From the NCBI GenBank assembly GCA_041483735.1, contig JBGPGH010000004.1:1-64000 (forward strand): a stretch of DNA of 64,000 bases, written 5' to 3'. The position numbers and the translations under genes were made by a program. Below are positions 57,128 to 64,000 of this stretch, piece by piece (the first letter of the stretch is position 1; the number at the start of each line of letters is the position of its first letter). The stretch comes from Gemmatimonadaceae bacterium. GTDB taxonomy: Bacteria; Gemmatimonadota; Gemmatimonadetes; Gemmatimonadales; Gemmatimonadaceae. Under the pieces are notes generated by a model, which was not told where the DNA came from, searched no databases, and saw nothing but the letters and a program-made list of their open reading frames with translations.

Positions 57128-57868
57128 TCACCTTCCTCCCTCTCGCCGTTCCTTCTTCCTCCCTTCCTCCCTCCCACCCTTCCTCCCTCCAGACATCCGA
57201 TCGAAGTATTCACAGAGCCCACTCACCGGACACATCTCGCATCTCGGATGCGTCGCCTTGCACAACTCCTTCCCGTGCCGGCGGAGCAGCAGGTGCGCCT
57301 CCTTCAGCGTGGCCACCTTGCGCGGCAGCTCGGCGGCCGCGGCCGCCTGCACCGAGCGGTACGTCGCGGGGTAGCTCTTTTTCGCTTCGCCGTAGCCCAG
57401 CCGCTGCAGCACCCGCATCGCGTTCGAGTCGAGCGCCAGGATGGGTGCGGCGCCGGTCATGAGCAGGACCTTCTCCGCGCCGGGCTCGCCGAAGCCCGGA
57501 AAGAGCATCAGCGCTCTCTTCGCCTGGGGGACCGGAAGTTTGATCGCCTCGTCCAGGTCTCCGTCCAGCTTCGTCAGCACGATTTCGGCGATCCGACGCA
57601 GCTTCTTCACCTGATTGGCGGCGAAGCCCGCCCCGCCGAGCAGCGTGACGTCCAGGAGCGCTCGTGTGGTGGCGTCGGCGATGCGCTGGGCCGAGAGTCC
57701 GATCCGGCTCTTGAGCGCCGCGAACACCGTGGCGCGCCGCTCGTCGTCCACGAGGTAGGCGACGTTCTCCCAGAGGACCATCTCCAGCCCCGTTTTCGCG
57801 ACCGGCCGCGGCGGCTTGCCATAGTGGGCTCGGAGGCGCTTCAGCGTGCCGGTGAGCCGGGTGGGCAT
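57128..57868 (-). CDS. HhH-GPD / endonuclease III-like DNA glycosylase family protein with [4Fe-4S] loop
   Basis: C-x6-C-x2-C-x5-C (CKATHPRCEMCPVSGLC); 246 aa; C-terminal [20 protein letters not shown] tail encoded by GA-rich repeat. Confidence 0.7.
   Translation of the reverse strand: MPTRLTGTLKRLRAHYGKPPRPVAKTGLEMVLWENVAYLVDDERRATVFAALKSRIGLSAQRIADATTRALLDVTLLGGAGFAANQVKKLRRIAEIVLTKLDGDLDEAIKLPVPQAKRALMLFPGFGEPGAEKVLLMTGAAPILALDSNAMRVLQRLGYGEAKKSYPATYRSVQAAAAAELPRKVATLKEAHLLLRRHGKELCKATHPRCEMCPVSGLCEYFDRMSGGRKGGREEGRKKERREGGR
57131..57190. repeat. polypyrimidine (CT-rich) repeat element copy B (diverged)
   Basis: ccttcctccctctcgccgttccttcttcctcccttcctccctcccacccttcctccctcc. Confidence 0.5.
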
Positions 57869-58141
57869 GGAGGTGATCGGGTGTAGTTCGAACTCACCGC
57901 CAAGAATCTTGGTGCACTGCCCGTTCGCCTTCCCACCAGCAAGCGATGGGCTTCGTCACCAGCCGCGCCCCATGACGGGAAGATCGTCGTCGGGACAGGA
58001 CTACCATGAGGGAGCGACGCCGGCCGCTGAAGCGCACGGTTGGAAGGGAGGATCGATCAGTCCCGCGGGCCCGGCGCCAAGGGGTGCGCAGAGCCGGGTC
58101 GGGCACTTGTGATTCACTCAGTCGTCGAAGCGGGTTGCGAC

Positions 58142-58651
58142 TTAGCCGACAGCCGCGCGGACCATCCGCACCCGCCACTGCCCCCTCTCCCTCTTGGCGG
58201 TGACGAACCCTTCGAATCCGGTGGGAAGCGAGCGATCCTTCACGCGCTCAGTCCAGCGAACCATGACGAGGAGCTTCAATTCACCGGGGTTGTCCCCGGA
58301 TGAGACCCGAGTGACCAAGATGAACCGGGCGTCTCCTACTGGAGTGCACCTGCTGTCCAGTTTGCCCACCACGGGGCATGATAGGTCGGTTGCGACGTGT
58401 CCTTCGCGAAAGTCGATGTCTCTGAGCCAAGCGCCACGGTTGATGGCGATTGAATGTCCAAGGTAGGCTTCGAACGCCTGGTTGCTTCCCTCGAGGTCCA
58501 CGACGAGTGCGCGACGCCGGGCTCCGGTGTCGGGGCGCACACCGCGTTCGGTCACTTCTAGAACCGACTCGCGGATGATCAGGCCCACGTCGTCGGCTGT
58601 GAGCGGTACGGCTTGCGACAGCGCCACCATGCACAGTGCTGCTCCGATCAT
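58142..58651 (-). CDS. hypothetical secreted protein
   Basis: Signal peptide MIGAALCMVALSQAVPLTA; 169 aa; lower-GC codon usage. Confidence 0.45.
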   Translation of the reverse strand: MIGAALCMVALSQAVPLTADDVGLIIRESVLEVTERGVRPDTGARRRALVVDLEGSNQAFEAYLGHSIAINRGAWLRDIDFREGHVATDLSCPVVGKLDSRCTPVGDARFILVTRVSSGDNPGELKLLVMVRWTERVKDRSLPTGFEGFVTAKRERGQWRVRMVRAAVG

Positions 58652-58702
58652 TCGACACCTCCCTTGGGCACCGCTAATTCCTCCGGGGCAAGACCCCGGG
58701 AT

Positions 58703-59227
58703 TCAAGAACACGTGGCCTGAGTAGCGTTCGCAATGCCAGTGTTGTGGTTAGGTCCATCCTCTCCACTCTGATGCTCTTCCTCGTGCGCGATCAATCCTC
58801 CCAGACTGGAGGTCGAGCCGCCAAACGCACTCGAATTGACGTATGTGTTCTGATCGCTGGGCCCCCATCCGCTGAACGTTCCCGGATCAGGATCCATCAA
58901 GACATACATGTGCCCTTTGCCCGGGTCCCCGTCTCCCGGCCGAAACCCATAGCCCTCGGCATCGAATCTCATTTGAGCGACGTGTCCGGTTGCTCGGCAA
59001 TGAACGTCGGGGTGCTGTTCCAAGTATCCAATGGCAGCACCGATCGGTGCGCATTCAATATCCGAAAGCGTGCAATCGGCACCCAAGTCGAATCGCGGAC
59101 GAGTCGGTCCGATCAAGCCCGGCGACGTCCCCAGCGTAGCATCGCACGAAATCGCGAGAAGCGCGATTCCCATAGTCAATGCGACCGACGACACCAGCTC
59201 AGCGCGCTTGCGAAGAAAGGAGGTCAT
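58703..59227 (-). CDS. hypothetical lipoprotein with HExxH-like motif (IAHEEEH)
   Basis: Lipobox LLAISC; internal ATG (MTSFLRKRAEL…); 174 aa. Confidence 0.5.
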   Translation of the reverse strand: MTSFLRKRAELVSSVALTMGIALLAISCDATLGTSPGLIGPTRPRFDLGADCTLSDIECAPIGAAIGYLEQHPDVHCRATGHVAQMRFDAEGYGFRPGDGDPGKGHMYVLMDPDPGTFSGWGPSDQNTYVNSSAFGGSTSSLGGLIAHEEEHQSGEDGPNHNTGIANATQATCS

Positions 59228-59574
59228 GGCCCACCCAATCTGGGGTTGAACGATTGACAGGCGTCCCATTGGTCGTTCGCGAACGACGCTCGATCTTCGA
59301 TTCCAGCTCCGACACAACGCCAGTTCCGGCGGTCCAGATCATTCGTGAGCAAGGAACGAATGCTTGTCAAGAGGGGCTTGTGGCCCGTTTGGCGGCGTTG
59401 AGCGAGAGGTTGAGCCCAAGGCCCCGATCAGGATCCCGCTTCGGGAATTCAGCGAGAGTGAGTCGTTTCAGCGAGGCGGTGAGCCGGGTGGACATGCGGG
59501 TACCGGATCGTGCGACCGACGGCTGACTTGGTACGGACTCGAGGTGCCCTGCACCGTGCCGCCAAGAAGGACCT

Positions 59575-60081
59575 TCAACGACCAGCGGGCGGTGGGATGC
59601 CCACGACCGTCGGAGCCCGGTCACGTTCGGCCCGCGGCTGCTGTCGGCGCGCGAAGTAGGCGTAGAATCGTGCCAGCACGGCCATCCTGCCGTCCTCAGA
59701 CATGCTCGCGAGGCGTCGGCCCTTCTGGAGCGCGGAGAGGAGGTCTTCGCGCGACACGCGGTGGACGTAGCGAAAGTCCAGGAAGCTCTCGTGGAACGCC
59801 GGGCAACTCTCGAGCAACATTGCCGCTGGAACCCGGTCTCGTCGCACGTCACCTGCGAGCCCACGATCCGCGTTCTCGAGCACACTCATTGGTGTGACGC
59901 GCAGGCCAAGAACGACCGGGTGCGTCTTCACCTTGTCAATATCGCAATCGTTTGTGAGGAGTAGTATTCGCGCCGAAAATGTGGGCGGATTGCCAGCTAA
60001 GTCCGATATTTCGATGCCCTCGAAAACGTCACCTTGGGACAGTTGCTCGCGAGGCATCGGCAGGAACATTGGATCGGGCAC
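59575..60081 (-). CDS. hypothetical protein (168 aa), third gene of islet operon
   Basis: Follows 122-aa gene after 14-nt gap; no recognisable motif. Confidence 0.5.
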   Translation of the reverse strand: MPDPMFLPMPREQLSQGDVFEGIEISDLAGNPPTFSARILLLTNDCDIDKVKTHPVVLGLRVTPMSVLENADRGLAGDVRRDRVPAAMLLESCPAFHESFLDFRYVHRVSREDLLSALQKGRRLASMSEDGRMAVLARFYAYFARRQQPRAERDRAPTVVGIPPPAGR

Positions 60082-60095
60082 AGAAGCCTCGGTGA

Positions 60096-60464
60096 CTAGA
60101 AGGCTCGATCCTCCTCTGAGAAGTCACTTGATATCTCGCTTTGCAGTCGTCGCCCTAGCACTACTGCCTCTGCGTAGCTAATTGAGAAGCCCTCCTCTCG
60201 CTCGAGACCTGTCAAGTCATAGCTCGGCTCCGTCGAGGCGATTGGGAACTCACCCGTGAATCCCGCAGCCAGAATATCAAAACGGACAGAGAGGTGATTC
60301 AGGCATCCCTGCACCAACGATAGCTGCTGCTCCACTTGTGCACGCTCGTCGCTGGTCGTAGAAGCTCGAATAAATGGGGCCGGCTCCCCACAAGGTGTAC
60401 ACTCGCCAGGCTTTTTCGAACGAGCTGTGGCACGCACTGGTGCGATGGCGATGAGGTTCGGCAT
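60096..60464 (-). CDS. hypothetical protein (122 aa), second gene of islet operon
   Basis: ATG overlaps stop of TIGR04255-family gene (ATGA). Confidence 0.5.
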   Translation of the reverse strand: MPNLIAIAPVRATARSKKPGECTPCGEPAPFIRASTTSDERAQVEQQLSLVQGCLNHLSVRFDILAAGFTGEFPIASTEPSYDLTGLEREEGFSISYAEAVVLGRRLQSEISSDFSEEDRAF

Positions 60465-61246
60465 CAGTCGATAATCTCCCGCACTCTGTCGGTGATGGAG
60501 CGCTCGAATACAAGATTCTCCCTGTCATGCAGCTCCTGCACGACCGCCCACAACGTGTCTGAAGATACCGACAGGTCAACTCTGCGCCGAACGTCGATGT
60601 CCAGCACGATCGATACCACGCTAGGCACGGCGGGCGCGACGACGGCCTCCCGAAGAGCTACGACGGTATCTTTGAGGTCGGGCTGAGGAATTGTCAGTTG
60701 CATGGCGAATCCGCGTAGCGTCTGTGACATCCCCGCCGCGACGTCAGGGCCCGTTAGCAGCCAGTCCTTCAGGTTGGCGACCGGCTTTGGCAGGTCGAGA
60801 CGATTCACATACCTCACACCCAGCGTGCGGATGCGCTCGATCTTCACGATGCCGGCGTATCGCGACCAAAGACGCTGTGCCTCGTCTCTTACTGATTCCC
60901 AGTCCGAGTACGGATGCAGCTTTGCAAAGGCGAACGCGTCGGTCCGCGCCTGAAACTGCCTTCCTGCGACCGCATCCGAGAAGGCATAACCCTTGGGTCG
61001 CTGTCGCGCGGATACCTGCGTTCCCCTTGTAGTGCTCCATCCCACCTGACCTTGGAAGTCATGAAGCTCCGCCCGCTTTCCGTAGGCCCTCTCGCTCCGT
61101 CCGAGCGAGGCCAAGAGTTTCATTTGCGGCTTCGGCCGCGCGTCAACCCCGATCTCCACCACCATCTCGACGATGGGGGCGCGACGGTAGTGACGCCTGG
61201 TGTAGGGGAGCTCTGTCGTTCCGCTGAGAGCAGCAGCGTGAGCCAT
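60464..61246 (-). CDS. TIGR04255-family uncharacterised protein
   Basis: N-terminal Y-x-R-x-P-I-V-E-M-V-V-E-I signature and size (260 aa) recalled for TIGR04255; internal ATG (MAHAAALSGTTELPY…). Confidence 0.55.
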   Translation of the reverse strand: MAHAAALSGTTELPYTRRHYRRAPIVEMVVEIGVDARPKPQMKLLASLGRSERAYGKRAELHDFQGQVGWSTTRGTQVSARQRPKGYAFSDAVAGRQFQARTDAFAFAKLHPYSDWESVRDEAQRLWSRYAGIVKIERIRTLGVRYVNRLDLPKPVANLKDWLLTGPDVAAGMSQTLRGFAMQLTIPQPDLKDTVVALREAVVAPAVPSVVSIVLDIDVRRRVDLSVSSDTLWAVVQELHDRENLVFERSITDRVREIID

Positions 61247-61603
61247 GTGATCCGAGCAAGAGTACCGTAGCAGCACGGCCTTCCACGCGCGAAAGCCGGC
61301 CCGCGAGCGCTCCCGGTCTCCGTTCAGCCTACCGGACTTTTCACGTTCACAGGGGCAATTTGTCGTGGTGCGACAGAATGCGCCAGAGCGCTCACGCAGA
61401 GAGGAGGGGAGCGCTCCGTGCGAAATCTGCGCGCGCGCTCACCAGTTCCTAATGGAAGGTGCGAAACGCGGCTGCTGCTCGCTCGGGGAGACAGCCTTGG
61501 TGCAGCATCTTGGCCCTAACCGTGATAGACACCCAGGCACGCGGTCACCGCCCCGATTGGAACTCCTTATGATGCTGTCGCCCTCTCGATGCGGCCCACG
61601 CAG

Positions 61604-61676
<73 letters not shown>

Positions 61677-61849
61677 GAAGGGGTGGATTCTAACCGCCTC
61701 CAACGCCGATTTACAGCCCTCCGCTCCGGCCGCGCCGGACGCCGCTGTCGTCCAACCCTCCACTCCCGCCGCACGGCCCGCCGGTATAGTATCCGCGCGG
61801 TGCCCGGGCACGCGACGCTGCGACCCGGGCCTCACTCCGACACCGACCG

Positions 61850-62338
61850 ATGTCGCTCCAACTCCGGCCCGCCATCAGCGCGCTCTGCACCCTCGCGCTC
61901 GTCGCCTGCGCCACCGCCTCACCGGGCGCCGCCGGCGACCCGTCTGTCGACCTCTCCGCCACCGAACCCCCCCGCTGGAACGGCGTCATCACCGGCGTGC
62001 GCGACAGCGGGATCCACGGCGCCGCCGACCTCACCGTCGGCCAGCAGCCGCGCGAGACCCGCGTCCTCGTCTCGATCGCCGGCGCGCCCGCCAACAGCGC
62101 CCTCGCCTGGTTCGTGCTCACCGGCCCCTGCTCCGAATCGGGCAGCGTCTTCGGGCCCGCTTCGGCGTACGGCACCCTGGTCGCCCGCGCCGACGGACAC
62201 GCCGAGTCGCTCGCGACGCTCCCCCTCGCCCCGCCCGCGCAGCCGGCCGCCGGCCGCCTCCACGTCGCCGTCCTCCGTTCAGCCGCCGACCCCACGTCGG
62301 TGGTGGCGTGCGGCGAGCTGGCACTGCAGACCCGCTGA
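61850..62338 (+). CDS. hypothetical lipoprotein
   Basis: Lipobox LALVAC; strongly GC3-biased codons; 162 aa. Confidence 0.55.
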   Translation: MSLQLRPAISALCTLALVACATASPGAAGDPSVDLSATEPPRWNGVITGVRDSGIHGAADLTVGQQPRETRVLVSIAGAPANSALAWFVLTGPCSESGSVFGPASAYGTLVARADGHAESLATLPLAPPAQPAAGRLHVAVLRSAADPTSVVACGELALQTR

Positions 62339-62526
62339 CCGCGCGGTTGCGGCCCCGCGCGCGGCGCACGACATTCCTGCCATGATCACTCCGCGTTTCC
62401 CCTATCCGCGCCCCTGCTGGCCCCGCATCCACGGGAGTCGTCGTCGCGCGCGAACGTAGTCCAGGCACCCGCTCCACCTCGCGTCGCCCACACGGCCCCC
62501 GCCCTCTCCGCGGGGGCATTTTCTTT

Positions 62527-62633
62527 GAGGGAGGTGGGGAGGGAGGGTGAGAGAGGAAGAGAGGCGCAGTCCCTCCCTTCGCTTTTCTCCCACCCTCCTT
62601 CCTCCCTCCCTCCCTTCCTCCCTCCCTCCCTGC
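62527..62633. repeat. head-to-head pair of polypurine/polypyrimidine repeat elements (copies C' and C) forming the aroF leader
   Basis: GA-rich gaggtggggagggagggtgagagaggaagagagg (62527-62563) followed by CT-rich tccctcccttcgcttttctcccaccctccttcctccctccctcccttcctccctccctccc (62571-62633) ending 1 nt before ATG 62635. Confidence 0.65.
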
Positions 62634-62634
62634 C

Positions 62635-63672
62635 ATGATCATCATCACCCGCCCCGGCGTCACCGAACCCGAGCTCGAGCACATCCAGGAGCGCGTGGCG
62701 TCGTTAGGGCTCAAGACCCACCTCTCGCGCGGCGAGCACCGCGTCGTCATCGGCTGCGTCGGCGATGAAGCCCGACTCGCCGAGGTCGCCCTCCTCGCCC
62801 TCCCCGGCGTCGAGTCGGTCACCCCGGTCCAGCGCCCCTACAAGCTCGCCGCCCGCGAGTTCAGCGCCGACGGACGCGGCACCGTGGTGCAGGTCTCCCC
62901 CACCGTCGCCATCGGCGGGCGCGCCCTGGCGGTGATCGCCGGTCCCTGCTCTGTCGAGGGGAGCGAGATGCTCGTCGACACCGCCCGCGCCGTGCAGCGC
63001 GCCGGCGCCACCCTGCTCCGCGGCGGCGCGTTCAAGCCGCGCAGCTCCCCCTACGCCTTCCAGGGACTGGGCGACGCCGCCCTCGAGATTCTCATGGACG
63101 CCCGCGCCCGCACCGGCCTCCCCGTGGTCACCGAGGTGATGGACACCCGACAGGTGGAACGGGTCGCCGCCTGCGCCGACGTCCTCCAGATCGGCGCCCG
63201 CAACATGCAGAACTTCCCGCTCCTCGCCGAAGTCGGACGCACCCGCAAGCCGGTCCTCCTCAAGCGCGGCCTCTCGGCCACCATCCGCGAACTGCTGATG
63301 GCCGCGGAATACGTGCTCGACCAGGGGAACCGCGACGTCATCCTCTGCGAGCGTGGGATTCGCACCTTCGAGACCTCCACCCGCAACACCCTCGACGTCA
63401 CCGCCGTCCCGGTCCTCAAGGAGGAGACACACCTCCCGGTGCTGGTCGACCCGAGCCACGCCGCCGGCCGGGCCGCGCTGGTGGCGCCGCTCGCCTTCGC
63501 CGCGATCGCCGCCGGCGCCGACGGCCTGATCATCGAGGTCCACCCGTCGCCGGAATCGGCGAGGTCGGACGGCGACCAGTCGCTGACCTTCGAGGCGTTC
63601 GCCGATCTGATGCGGACAGCGAGGCTGTTTGCCGAAGCGGCGGGGCGGACTATCGGTGGAGCGGAGGCGTAG
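62635..63672 (+). CDS. 3-deoxy-7-phosphoheptulonate (DAHP) synthase, type I-beta with N-terminal ferredoxin-like regulatory domain
   Basis: N-terminal ~80-aa ACT/FL domain then KDO8PS/DAHPS TIM barrel (…GPCSVEG…, KRG, …[10 protein letters not shown]…, VDPSHA). Confidence 0.88.
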   Translation: MIIITRPGVTEPELEHIQERVASLGLKTHLSRGEHRVVIGCVGDEARLAEVALLALPGVESVTPVQRPYKLAAREFSADGRGTVVQVSPTVAIGGRALAVIAGPCSVEGSEMLVDTARAVQRAGATLLRGGAFKPRSSPYAFQGLGDAALEILMDARARTGLPVVTEVMDTRQVERVAACADVLQIGARNMQNFPLLAEVGRTRKPVLLKRGLSATIRELLMAAEYVLDQGNRDVILCERGIRTFETSTRNTLDVTAVPVLKEETHLPVLVDPSHAAGRAALVAPLAFAAIAAGADGLIIEVHPSPESARSDGDQSLTFEAFADLMRTARLFAEAAGRTIGGAEA

Positions 63673-63735
63673 GCCTGCTACGTACTGAGTACGGAGTACT
63701 GAGTACTGAGTATGGAGTACGGAGTACTGAGTACG
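63672..63735. repeat. tandem heptamer array (GAGTACN)x~9
   Basis: tacgtactgagtacggagtactgagtactgagtatggagtacggagtactgagtacggagtactgagtatcg immediately after aroF stop. Confidence 0.85.
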
Positions 63736-63872
63736 GAGTACTGAGTATCGTGCAGTGGACCTGACGCCCTCGCGCGCCGGCGCCGGACCTGACGCGGCGC
63801 GCACTCGCCGGCGATGTCGTCCTGATCGGAGGTGCCCGCGCCGGCGCTCCGGAATCTCCCCCAAACCATAAC

Positions 63873-63906
63873 GATACTCAGTACTCCGTACTCAGTACTC
63901 AGTACG
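63873..63906. repeat. inverted partner array (NGTACTC)x~5
   Basis: gatactcagtactccgtactcagtactcagtacgtcagt = reverse complement of the 63672-63735 array, 137 bp downstream. Confidence 0.8.
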
Positions 63907-64000
63907 TCAGTTGGCTCCATGCTTGGCGGTAATCACGGACTTGATCCCGCCCCGCACGTTGAAATCACCCACCACTTCCATCGACCGGGGTGCGCAGCAT

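Larger units (their letters stand above)
58100..61600. mobile_element. putative low-GC genomic islet adjoining 3' end of tRNA-Phe (no integrase detected)
   Basis: Visible GC drop (~55% vs ~70%), A/T-ending codons, five co-oriented orphan genes, tRNA 3' end faces the region. Confidence 0.35.

Noticed and set aside
58100-61600. Classifying the low-GC region as a classical integrative element or prophage
   Set aside because: There is no integrase, recombinase, transposase or phage structural gene, and no clean direct repeat of the tRNA 3' end was found by eye. It is kept only as a putative islet or remnant.
62118-62822. 234-aa minus-strand ORF containing [24 protein letters not shown] upstream of and antisense to aroF
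   Set aside because: It is the translation of the CT/GA-rich repeat element and Arg-rich GC noise, it lies antisense to the well-supported DAHP synthase start, and it has no coding signature.

Overview
This is a high-GC (about 70%) bacterial chromosomal segment with weak Shine-Dalgarno usage and many 4-nt ATGA/GTGA stop/start overlaps. The gene content (ADOP-type FtsX permease, several S9/M16 peptidases, lipoproteins) fits a Gemmatimonadota/Acidobacteria-like genome. Nearly all of it is dense housekeeping coding sequence. In order along the window: an SPFH protein; a complete System I cytochrome c maturation operon ccmABCDEFGH on the minus strand, including an unannotated 50-aa ccmD and a possible CcmI-like Zn-ribbon/TPR gene; an M16 peptidase; a beta-lactamase-fold hydrolase; an ADOP permease; two S9 peptidases; an outer-membrane beta-barrel protein; an SGNH lipoprotein; an AmgK/MurU-like sugar-kinase/nucleotidyltransferase pair; VOC, GNAT and Sir2 genes; a gluzincin lipoprotein; a DinB_2 hydrolase next to Pol IV dinB; an HD-GYP plus HEAT-repeat pair; actP with its DUF485 partner; a PQQ sugar dehydrogenase; a GMC oxidoreductase; an ECF sigma/anti-sigma/CHAT-TPR module; transketolase; a GGDEF-EAL protein; a ThrC-like PLP enzyme; an arsR-arsN2::arsM arsenic locus; an EndoIII-like gene; tRNA-Phe; and a DAHP synthase. 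No rRNA, CRISPR array or recognisable transposase/integrase is present. The parts worth a second look are: (i) a roughly 3.5-kb low-GC islet abutting the 3' end of tRNA-Phe that carries a translationally coupled three-gene module of unknown function (a TIGR04255-family protein plus two orphans) and two secreted proteins; (ii) a recurrent polypyrimidine/polypurine repeat element of about 60 nt present in at least four copies around the arsenic locus and in the aroF leader; (iii) several heptanucleotide tandem-repeat arrays, two of them arranged as inverted arrays flanking about 130-150 bp; (iv) an intergenic cluster of six TCCGCG(A)AATCCG motifs; (v) an ArsN2-ArsM fusion with an extra CCGPTCCGG motif and a perfect ArsR-type palindrome; and (vi) an unannotated 58-aa Cys/His ORF with a near-consensus promoter. 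Coordinates of features that are not in the ORF track were read by eye and may be off by 1 nt.
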